Assembly (NCBI GenBank): GCA_976551045.1
Contig: CDPCPM010000375.1
Span: forward strand, 868,001-932,000
DNA length: 64,000 nucleotides
DNA from: Glaucostegus cemiculus
Lineage: Eukaryota
Direction of reading: 5' to 3'
Part shown: positions 12,201-24,200 of the stretch, piece after piece
Layout of the letters: the number at the start of each line of letters is the position of its first letter
Position numbering within the stretch: the first letter of the stretch is position 1
The notes under the pieces: model-generated
Seen by the model: the letters and a program-made list of their open reading frames with translations, nothing else
Databases searched by the model: none
What the model was told of the DNA's origin: nothing
Translations under genes and position numbers: made by a program

Positions 12201-15200
12201 GATCCATTTCCTGGCTTTAAGGGATCAGTGGATAGTCTCAGCAATCACAATCAAGTTCCTGGTGCAGACCTGGCATGAAGCTACCCTCAGGAACAAATTG
12301 ACAATCTCTCTCAGAGTGCCATGTTAATGGACAGTTTGGAGCAGGAATATTTACTATTAAAATTGATATTTACTTTTTACCCAGCCTACAGTCTAACTGC
12401 CCTCACTGTGGTTGATGTTGACAGAAGAGCTAACATGTTCAATTAGCTGACATTATCATTTATTATGATACATTAAACTAATAACTAAGCCTTTCATCAA
12501 ATCACATCACAATTAAAGTGTTGTTAGGTCATTATAAATTAATACCACTCCAACATTTAAAGACAGATAGAAGGGCATCTGTTAGCCAATGAATCATTTT
12601 AAGCGTAGACCTACCACATATGCCGCAAAGCAGTCCAGAATAAGTAGATGGCACTGACACATCAACATGGTGGATACCATCAAACCTCACCAACAAACCA
12701 AAGTCAGTCTCCAGTGAAACATAAGCACCACTCATCCGTACCACCAGAAGGTCCATGACAGACACAGGCAAGTTTACTCGTTCTCCATTCAGCTATAGAA
12801 AGGAACAAAAATGCCACTATTCATCAAAGAGCAAGGTGTCACTTAAATAGTCGCGCTCTAAGTCAACAATTTTCACCTGATCTAACCCAATGGAAGGTAT
12901 AGTCACACAATGCTCTTAGATCTTGAAAGGCCTTGACTGATTATTTAGAGACATAAATTCAAATTGCGCTATGGCAACTGAAGAATTCAACTTCTGTTAA
13001 CTAAATAACAATTTAATTTTAAGTTAGTGATTCTGGAACTATCAGATTGCTAGAAGGAAACATTTGGTTTACTAACGGCTTTAAAGAAAGAAAATTTGCT
13101 GCTGTTAGCCTGTATGTGACTCCAAACCAGCAGAATTTTGGTTGACTCTGAAGTGACCTCAATCTTTTAAGGAAATTAGGGAATAGGGACATTACAGCAA
13201 TTAGGCCCTGTTGGCTATGTCTTCCTGCTATGAATGAGCTTTGAAAATGTGCAAACTCAGGCCAGTGTACTATAACGTAAAAGTTTTGAGAAACTATTAT
13301 CGACGGTTCAGTTAAATATCACATATTTATCATTTCATATTTATGGGATGGAATATTGATTCCACAAATACTGAAAGTGTTCTATTTGAAAGAATGTATT
13401 TCTTCTACAATATGTTATCAGGCCAGCCTATCAGTGGCATCTAGTCTTAAGGGCAGGCTGTTCAATCAAACTTATTGGATTTCGTGTGTCACATTTATAT
13501 AATTTTTTAAAAATTAGATCTGCTACTGAAACTAGAGTTTATGTTGAATAATAAGATAAGCAGAGTGTGCTTTCCTTCAAATTGTTTGCATATTATGAAT
13601 CAGGAAAAGTTCTGCTCAACACAAATGCATCACCAAAAACTTACAAGAATAGATATTGTTCTGTGTTCCTGCAAGTACAGATTCTTACACAATGCAACTA
13701 CTAAATGCCCAGAATAAAAATGGAAAATACTGGAAATACTCAGCAGAAAAGGCAGTATCTTTGAATGGGAGAGATATGTTCTGATATGTTCAGAACTCTG
13801 TTTCCTCTCCACAGAGGTGGACTTGAAATACTCAAATACTCTTGAGTATTTCAAACATTTTGTGTTTTCATTTCAGATTTCCAGCATCAAATGATAAAAT
13901 GGACTCCAAACTCACAAGCTACTCTGTACTGTACTCTTTACTCTGCACTGTTATTGCTTATCCCCTGTACTACATCAATGCACTCTGTATTACTTCAATG
14001 CACTCTGTACTAACCCAATGTAACACTGTGTAATGAATTGATCTGTACGATCGTCAAGCAAGACAAGTTTTTCACTGTACCCCAGTACAAGTGACAATAG
14101 TAAATCAATACAAATACAATACTAATCAGTACTTTCTTTTCTTTCCATTACTAACTGTTCATATTTTATATCAGTGTCCCCAGTCACCAACACCTCCAGC
14201 TTGAGGCTAGCTTATCAGTGGAAAAGTAGAGAGATAAGGCAAATCCTAGATTAGTTTTGAATAAACAAAAAATCTGAATAAAAATACATACCAGGACTTT
14301 ATGACTTTTCATGATTGAAATTGTGTTGTTATATACAAACACGTGCACAGAATTTATCCAGGACACTTTGGTGTTGGTACCCCTGTGCTCATTTGTTGTT
14401 GCCACACTAAAGTAAGGGAGGCCTGAAGCTTCATTGCATAGCTTGGAGAGCAGATACGTGCAAGTTCCCATGAAGTGATGAACGCGTGTGTCAAAAGTGT
14501 TATAGTGAGGATCTCCTGAAGCACTGCATGTGGCACGACCTGTACAGAAAAATTAACGAATGGTGTAACATCATCTGCTAATCTATTTCGGACATCTACC
14601 AAGTTTTAAAAACAGAAGCAACTAACAAGATGCTGGAGGAACTTCGTGGGTAAGGCAGCATCTGTGAAGGAAAATGCACAGTTGACATCTTAGGTCGAGA
14701 TCCTTTATCTGGCCAGATGCTGCCTGACCCACTGAGTTCCTCCACCATCTATTTGTTACTCCAGATTCCAGCATCTGAAGTCTCGTGTCTCCTTCAAAAA
14801 CAGAAAGGCTGGATAAATTCAGCATGTCAGGCAGCATCTGTGAAAATGGAAACAGTCCTCAGTTCAGCTCTGGGGCTCTTCACCTGAACAATTCTGATGA
14901 AGGGTCCTGGATCTGAAATATTAAACGTTTCTCTTTCCACAGATGCTGCCTGGCCTTCTGAGGTTTTCCAGCATTTTCTGTTATTATTTTGGATTTCCAG
15001 AACCTGTGTTTTTGTTAATTTTTATCTATCATCTTTTCCTACTTAAAATCGACATTATCTGCCAAAAAGTTACATATTAGAACACGCAAATTCTTCTTTC
15101 CAAAGTGGTGTCAAGAAAAATTCTTTACTAACAATTTTCTGCCTTCTTTCTCTCCTGAGCATGTTGATTCCTTGCTGTAGGATTTTTTTTTCCAGTGCAG

Positions 15201-18200
15201 GTAAATTAATGGCACTTTCCTTAATTGGCCATTTTATTCTGTTTTGCACAACGGTAAATGTTAAGAGTTCATTCAGCCATGATGGCATGACATCTGAGCC
15301 TGGTGCTTGTCTACCGTAGATGATCAGGAGTGCAAATCCAGGATGTTTTTTCCCTTATTACTGTTTATGACAACAGTCAGTATATTATAACATCTATAAC
15401 CAAATGCTGATCCTAACTGCTTCCTAAACTGATGTTTCCAATTGCTAAGGTTGCTGTTCAATATCAAGACATAATTTACACTCAAAATAAATTACATCCA
15501 TTCTCCCCTTTGGAAAACTGACCTGATCCTCATAGAACCATAGAACAATACAGCACAATACAGGCCATTCGGCCCACCATGTTGTGCCAACCTTCAAACA
15601 ACACCTAAGACTATCTAATCCCTTCCTCCCACATATCCCTCTATCTTAAATTCCTCCATTTGCTGATCTAACAATCTCTTGAACTTGACCAATGTATCAG
15701 CCTCCACCACCACCCCAGGCAGCACATTCCATGGACCAACCACTCTCTGGGTGAAAAACCTCCCTCTGACATCTCCCTTGAACTTCCCACCTATAACCTT
15801 AAAGGTATGCCCTCTTGTATTGAGCATTGGTGCCCTGGGAAAGAAGCACTGGCTGTCCGCTCTATCTATTCCTCTTAATATCTTGCATACCTCTATCATG
15901 TCTCCTTTCCTCTAAAGCCCCAGCTCCTTTAGCCTCTCCTCATAATCCATACTCTCTAATCCAGGCAGCAGATAGGAAGCAGATGTTGAGAATGAATAGG
16001 GAATGCCCATATTACCCAAAATCAGGTCGTGCAAATGATGGTTATAATTATTTATTTAAAATTAAAGAAGGAGCACATAAATAAAACTGTGCAATAGCTG
16101 AACCTGGAACTGCAACAGCACTAGATGGCAGAATTGTGAACAGTCCTGAAAAAGATCTGAATGTAATGAGGAAGACAATAACTACTTATTGACTGCAGTG
16201 ATATGAAAAAATTAGCAAAGCAGATCGCCAAATAAATCGATGAAATGACACCAGACAAAATCCAATCCTTTGACTACTTGCAGAAGATATCGTCATAACA
16301 ACAAAAATTAAAAACATTTTAGAGGGATGCTCGTTCCATTAATCTCCTGTTTCTGTTCATTTGGTGCTCTCTTATTGTTTCTGGAAGGATGGGAATGAAG
16401 AAAATTAACATTGCAGGTGACATGCCACAGCCGAGAAGGTAACACACTAAAAATTGGAATAAGAGAGGGAGAACTGCAAAGCTCTCCTTTTTATGACATG
16501 CCCATGATGGGCAGAATGGCCTCTTTCGCTGCCATGAATTTCTACCCTTCTGTTTGACTCCAATCAAAAACTGCACAATGAGGGGACGGCACGATAGCGC
16601 AGCGGTTAGCGTGATGCTGTTACGGTGCCAGCGATCGGGGTTCGATTCCTGTCGCTGACTGTAAGGAGTTTGTACGTTCTCCCGTGTCTGCGTGGGTTTC
16701 CTCCGGGGGCTCCAGTTTCCTCCCACATTCCAAAGACGTATGGGTAGATTAATTTGGGGGTTTAAAATGGGCGGCGCGGACTCGTTGAGCCGAAAGGGCC
16801 TGTTACCATGCGGTAAGGAAAATTTTAAAAAAAGAAGGTCCCTATTCACATGCACATTGCTTTCCTTTACCTGTCTGGTCAGGCATCGTGGTACTGGCTG
16901 TAGTTGAGATGCTTGTGGTAGCTGTTGTGCCACACCCCTCAGTGGGAAAAGATGGAACAGACTCAGAAGACTTAATAACCTTATCTTTTACACAATAAAC
17001 ACATTGGATCACATTTCCAGGCTGATGAAGCATGAGAAAAGAAAATGCATCTGTAGTGTAACATCAATCGTCATCATGAAAACTATTGCTGGGGTTAGTA
17101 TTGACCACATTTCAGAAATACAGCCACCATATATGTCAGACCAACCTCCACAACATCCGACTTGGAAGGAAATATCATCCACAGCAACATCACTGCGGTA
17201 GTCATTGCCCCGGACTGCTTCAAGGAGGATCTGTCAGAGAAAGTATCACAATATCAATAGACAACAGCAAGTCAAACAGCATAACTGAAGTAATTCACCT
17301 TCATTTGACTCTTAGAAAACACAGGCACAGAGCAGTCCCTAAATTGTGACAAAACAAATCAAAAAAGAACAAATCCGAAGGTGAGGTAAAATGTAACTGC
17401 TGGTTATTCAAGTTTTTCAAGGACAAAAACACTGCACTTGACCTGGTCATTTTGGTCAAGTGAGAGGAAAATGGAATTTCACCCGAAGAAGTGCGAGATG
17501 ATATCTCTGGGAAGCTGCAACAAGAATATACAGTGAATGGCAAAATATAGACTGGTGAGAGGAACAAAAATATATTGGAATGCACATTCCAGACCTTTAA
17601 AGTTTTAATGACAGGTCAAAAAGGTGATGGACAATGGACGCTGCATGCTGCCCATTACCAACTGGGGGATAGAATATCTGAGCAGCAAGGTTACGTTTAA
17701 CATCATGCAACAATACTTAGGCCAAGAGTACAGTATTCTGTACAGGTTTCATGACAAATTACACACAATATGTGATTGCACTGGAGAGGATATAAATCAG
17801 ATTTATGAAGATGTTTCCAGGATGGCAATGTTGCATCGATGACAAAAACATGGATAACCGAAATTTATTTGCAACAGAAATGGGTGAGGAGATACAACTG
17901 AGGAGTATAAAATGATCAACAAGATGAGGAACAGCAGATTCGAAGGGATAGTTTCCCTCAGCACTAAGGAGAATGAGGAAAGCTACCTCAGCCAGCGGCT
18001 GAAAATTAAAAAGAAATTTTAAGGGGCTGAAGCTCATTGCTTGAAGAGACAGAAATCCTCAATGCATTGAAAGAGTATGGACAGACTCATGAACGATGGA
18101 CAAAGTGGTGGAAAATGAAATGAAATTAAGCAGTTCGTTTCAAAGCAACACAGACACCAAAGACTAAATGGCCTCTGCTTTGTTGTTTATTTTCTATGAT

Positions 18201-21200
18201 TTCCATATCGCTTAAATATTATCGACGTAGCTTACCCGAGAGTCTCCAGAGAGGTCAAGGTCTACTTCTCCTTCCATCCATTGGTTTCCCTTATTTCCTG
18301 ACTCAGACCACTTCAGGACTGATGCCCCGCTTTCAACCTGGTAAACATTCAAAGCCATGCTTCGAGCTACTCCATACATATGGTACCAGAATCGCATGCA
18401 ATGAGCTCCTCTCTTCGCACATGGAGCACTGACCAAATGGGCTCGGTCTCCTGGTCGCCCGTCATTGCCTTCAATGTAGATGTAGGAACCACCTGCGCAT
18501 ACCAGAAGGTTTATTAGTCAGACAGAAATCAGCTGCACAGTGGCTAGACGTCAATCTCACATCACTGACCTGCAGTGGTGTGGTCAAAAGGCGGTCCTGT
18601 GTTATATGAAGGTGTCGGCCCACTGATGCGTTTCCAGTCCAACGTATCGGTCTTGGATTGCGTCCACTGGCACAGGTCACCATCAAAGTTACAATCCCAT
18701 GAACAACCTGTGGGTTTCATAAAGGCACATCATTTGTCTGAATGCACTCAACAACAGCTAGAAATCATTCCATATCTGCAATACCATACTATTCAATAAA
18801 GGCATTGAAAAGTGCGGCTCAGGAGTGTACTTTATGGGAGTTATTTGATCATTCTACACAACGACTCATCAGGACTAATTCTACAAATGAGGATGGGCTA
18901 TTAACCAACACGTGCAGGGAAAGGAAGACACATGACATTCTCTCTCATGGCGAGGCTGGCTGCTACGACAGACAGCTGAAAGTATGCAATGAGATGACAG
19001 TGCCAGTCTTCAGAGACATTCCTTCTGCTGCTATAGACAGCTTGAAGTACTTCCTTCTTCTTGCACCAAATTCTGGAAGGACAAAAAACTCCACATTTTT
19101 AAAGCTACACTGACACTGAATTTTCCTTGAGGAGAAACAGTTGCCTGAGTAACTCTCATCCTCTCCCACCCCAACTGTTCTTCCCGACTGAGGCAATTCG
19201 GTACCCCCTTTACCACTCTCTTTCATTACAGCCTGATGCGGTCACAGAAATGTCAATCAAAGATGGCAAACCTAGCTTGTAACAGCAATTGAAACACTAA
19301 GACATCTTGAAATCCAACTTTCATAAATGGACGATAAAATGCATTGAACGAAAAGGCATTTGCACAACGCTCTGCAAAGAAATTCAGCTACAGCTGATTA
19401 AGACCGACAAGCTTATGTTTTCAAGTGAAAATGTGCTTTATCTATTAACTGGATTTCTCCACGTAACACATGCAGGAATAAAACACAGGAACAGAAGAAG
19501 ATTTCAGACTTACTTTTATCAATGCAGCCACTCTGCTGCCTCCAATCTCCCAGAACAACATCAGCTGCTTCACAAGCTGAAGCATAAGACTCCAGCGTGT
19601 TGCACATCTGAACTGAATCTCCGCCAGTCACGCAATGATCATAGACGCAGCTCTCAAAGTAGAGCTGAGGTGGGATATGCCAGTGGCACTCGTTAAATGG
19701 ACCAGGGTTGGCCAAAATTATTTTGCAGTATCTCTCTGCCTCTTGGCTTGCTGCTGGATCGCACAGCGGTGGAACTGGAGCAGTTTGATTACACCTGTGC
19801 AACAGAAACAATCTCTCACTTTTCTCAAATCAAAACTGTCTATCATCCCATTCAATCCCCTTCAAAGCGGGGATGGCTTGGCAGAAAAACCTAGCATGTC
19901 ATCAAAATAGGCAGCAGTCAACATGATTCCATTACGCAACTGAAAAGACTGAAATGCATCCTGAAAACAACACTAGGAAAACCATTTCACTTCCTTCCTG
20001 TGTGCTGCTGTCATTCGAGAGAACAAGACACAAGGGTGGATTTGAATAGCTCCTTGAAATCTCTTCCTTGCCCCAACATTCCTTAACTTCAACCAACCTC
20101 CTCACTTTGCGTGACTTCTCACTCTCATGTCTGGAGAAACCTTAGCATCTGCCTTCACGGAAATAAGAGACAGAAATACTCACAGCCAATCGTCATCAGT
20201 AACCATCCAACTGTTTCCAAACTGATTTGAATCCAAAGCTAGAATTCCATCAGGTTTCAAGAAGTCATCCAACTGGTCATTGGTGTAGGTCCCGCATAAG
20301 CCACACAGCTGTCCTTTGTATCTCTCATCCACAGTCACAACCAGTTGATGGTCTCCGTCAAACTTCACCTGAAGACCAAAGTTGGTCTGCAGCACCACAT
20401 ACGATCCTACCAGTGACAGTCTTACCGAAGAACTGGCTCGCACTGGGAGCTCAACCCTCACTCCGTCAACCTGAGCAAAGCATTAGCGAGTTAGCCACTG
20501 TAAAATCACAAACAACCCAGCTATCGCTCTACGTCATTTCAAGGCTGAAAATTAGACTCATCAGAGTATATCTTACTCACATAAACGTGCTTGTTTTTCC
20601 GCACTGCAATGTGAAGCTTCTCCAGATGCACGCTAACCGAATTAAGGACAGTCCATCTTGGACTACCTCTGTGCTCGTTTCGACTCGTCACAGAAAATCG
20701 AACAGATGTGTTTCCACAAGTCTCAGTCACCGTATAATTGCAAGCACCCTGGAAGTGGTACAGCTTCCCATCAAACGTCGTATAGTGCGGGTCACCGTAG
20801 ACGTGGCAAATGGCAGTGTCCGCGCTGTAACATCCCAAATTGCCGCCCTGCACTTTGCAAATTTCCCCCGCTCCACAAGATCCTGCTTCGCACTCTATTC
20901 GGTCATTCCCAGTGCAGCGGCACCTCTCTCGACAGCCGTCTTCCCAGAACATTGCACCTTTCTGACACACGGACAGCAAGCATTAGTTTCAAAATTGCTG
21001 CATGCTCTGAAAGGAAGCAGAACCCTGCTCCCATACAAACCAAAGCCCACCTCAAACACTCCCAACTGACCTCGTAGTATTTGTCCTTGTGCATGCAGCC
21101 ACAGTTCTCCACAGGCACACACGAGCTTCCACTCAGGACAAAGCCAACGTTACACTCACAGTCCTCCACACAAGGTTTACTGCAGTTAGCTGAAGCTAAA

Positions 21201-24200
21201 CGGTCCGTGCAAGTGGCTGGACAAGCGCTGGCACATGCGTTGTAATGGCTGTTGGCTGGACACCTGACAGCTGAAAGCATACAAGCAGCAAAAACTTTGA
21301 CACTTCAACCAAAGAAACTTCACAGAAGGCAATTCTCTGACACAATGTCGTTCCATCCTCACATTGGCAAGTATTACACCAACTGCATTTGCACCTAACT
21401 CATACGTACCACAGAAACTGGAGTTCCTCCACGGCACGATGGTCACTCCTGCGCTTTGGCAGGCGTCTGCATAGATTTGCAGGGCATTACACAAAGCTCC
21501 TTGGTCTCCATCCAACAAGCACAGTTCAACGACACAACTTTCAAAGCTCCCGTGGGCGTTGATTACAGAGTGGCAGTTTACAAATGGCCCCTGCTGACTG
21601 GTGATCAGACCACAGAAATCATTACTTTGGTAGCGCTCCTCCTCAGCCGGCTCACACACTTCTGGCTCGACCGGGTCACAACCTGGCTCGTCAGGTGGCA
21701 CCTTCCAGCTATTTCCCAGCTCGTTGGAATCTTTAGCTTGCTCTCCGTCAGGTTTCATGTAATCGTCCTTTCTCATCCCATTGTAGTTACCGCACATACC
21801 GCAAGTCTGATTAAAGTACGTGCTCGGCACCTTCACTTCCACTGAATGATCAGTGTCGTAAGAAACCGACAGGCCAAAGTCAGTGGACAGGACCACGTAT
21901 CTTCCGCTCCTACTCACACTCACGCCACCCTCAGCGAGCCGAACAGGTAAGGTCGCCCACACTTCATCCACCTGAGCACGAGAGCAAACACTGTATCAGG
22001 CAGCAATCTTCCTGCCACACCACGGCAACCATTCGCTCCCCGCACCATTCACGCTCCAGCAGCAATCCAAGCAACCGGCATTTCACCACTGTGCACGCCT
22101 AATTAGACGAGGCGTCACATGTATGGACATTCAGATCCGTTCAGACCACTCGCTTCAGCTTGCCATGAAAACTGGCAATGCCACTTCAGCTCAACTCACT
22201 TCCAATGCACTGCATCATAAATTCTTAGTCACTCACATCTTCAACTGCAAACAAAAGGCTTTACCGAAGCAATGATTCCAAATAAGATGATTGGCAGAAA
22301 GGGCTGTACTTTAGCAGACTTAGACTTACAGTACAAGACTTACCAACACGCGGTGACGTTCCATCTTCACCAGCCAAACCCTGTGGCCGTGAACAGCAAC
22401 CTGAACTCTCTGAACGTAAGAGACTTTAGCGTTGCCACGATTTTCATTCTTCGCTTCAATGTTGAAGGGTGCAAGGGAGGACGAATTTCCACACAGCTTG
22501 GCTATGGTGTAGGTACAGCTACCCATAAAATGGAGCGTCGCTTTGTCAAACGTGTTGTAATGCGGATCGTTGTGCACTCTGCAGATACCATATGTATATG
22601 GGTAGCAACCAGGAACGCCGTTCACAACTCCACAGTGGGAATCTGGAGCACACGCTGAATCCCGGCACACCACTTTACTGCCTGCCGAAGGACAGCTACA
22701 TTTTCTTGAGCAGGTATCATCTGTCCAGAATTCAGAGCCCACTGGGTAGTGCTTTCCTTCTGACCAGCAACCGCACTCATGTCTTGGCACACATCGGTCG
22801 TTGTACAAGACGTAACCACTGTCACATACACAGCCTTCCACGCATGGCTGCAAGCAGCTGGACGGAGCACCTGGACTCACGCAAGTAGCTGGGCAAGCTG
22901 AGCCACACTGCTCATAATGACTATTCGCTCCACATTGTAGGGCTGTGAACGGAATCCACAAGGTTACACGTTACTTTCATCCGCAATTCCTTCCGCAGAC
23001 ACGCAACTCAAAACTCATCGCTCAATCTCTTCTGGTTGCTCTCTATCTCCACTAAGTGTTTCATTGAATGATCTAGCAGTGTACTCTCAAGCACTTACGG
23101 CAAAAGCTCTCATTCCTCCAGGCTTCCACTCTCGCTCCCTCGGACTGGCATGCATCTCCATAGGACTCCAAACTACTGCACAGAGACTCCGGCTCCACGC
23201 CTAACGCACAAAGGTCGTACACGCAGTCACCAAAATAGACTTCCGGATCGACCTTGGAATGGCACTCTTTGAAAGGACCCTGTGCATCCGTTATTATTCC
23301 ACAGTAATATTTACTTTCTATCATGTGCCTTTCATCCTTCGTGCAATTTGGTCTGATGCCCACGTCAGGAGTACACCTGCAAAAGCAGCAGCATGCCAAA
23401 TGAGAAATACTTCAAGCTATATCAAATCTCTGCAAGCAAATGATGGAAATTACAAATAGCACACTTTTCAAAGGAACGGAAATATTACCAACAGCTTGGT
23501 TACAAGTGTACCTTGTGTCATTGTTAGACTGCCAACTGTTGCCCAAGCTGACCGAATCAGGCTCCATTATTCCATCCGGGTTCAGGAAATCATCTCCTCT
23601 GTCTCCATTATAGTTTCCACACATGCCACACACCTTGCCTTTGAAGAGACTAGGGAGAGTCACCTCAGCTCGATGCCTGCCATTGAACTTCACTCCCAAT
23701 CCAAAACTGGTGGTAATGACGACATACTGCCCAGTCAGAGCCACCGCAACGTCTGAGCTGACTGACACAGGGAGCACTGCCACTTCCCCATCAACCTGCA
23801 AACATACGGATCACTCGTCAATTCACTCTTCTGCCATCACACACTTCAATACACCTCATCAAGACACTTACCGCATCAAAGTCTTACCTTTACCACACGC
23901 CCCTTTCCTAGCGTGATTCTGTGATTGTAAACATCAACGTTGACTTGTCTGACGTAAGACACGTAGGGATTTCCTGACCTGTGCTCATTTGCAGCTTCAA
24001 CATTGAAAGAGGGCAGACCGCTGCTGCTGCTGCACAGCTTTGATAAGGTATATGTGCATGTTCCCATAAAGTCGTGAGCTTGCTTATCAAAGGTCATGTA
24101 GTGCGGATCTCCTTGCACTGTGCAGGACGATTCTAAATGCAGTAAAACAAAGATCAATTGGTCGAATGTCAGTAAAACACATACAGGCCACTTACAACAC

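Noticed and set aside
16583-16655. tRNA gene-like A/B boxes (also at about 11260-11345)
   Set aside because: These are SINE heads followed by SINE core and tail; they do not form an intact cloverleaf.
16319-16933. 204-aa minus-strand ORF
   Set aside because: It runs through a SINE and intron sequence in a frame different from the linker exon, so it is spurious.
18963-19226. Minus-strand 87-aa ORF in the C8-MAM intron as a possible extra exon
   Set aside because: It has no TIL-like Cys pattern, and the flanking exons already join in phase (1-1) without it.
20227-21069. 280-aa plus-strand ORF recurring in every unit
   Set aside because: It is an antisense shadow of the VWD exons with a non-ATG start and no recognisable motif. 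Its recurrence simply reflects the DNA duplication.
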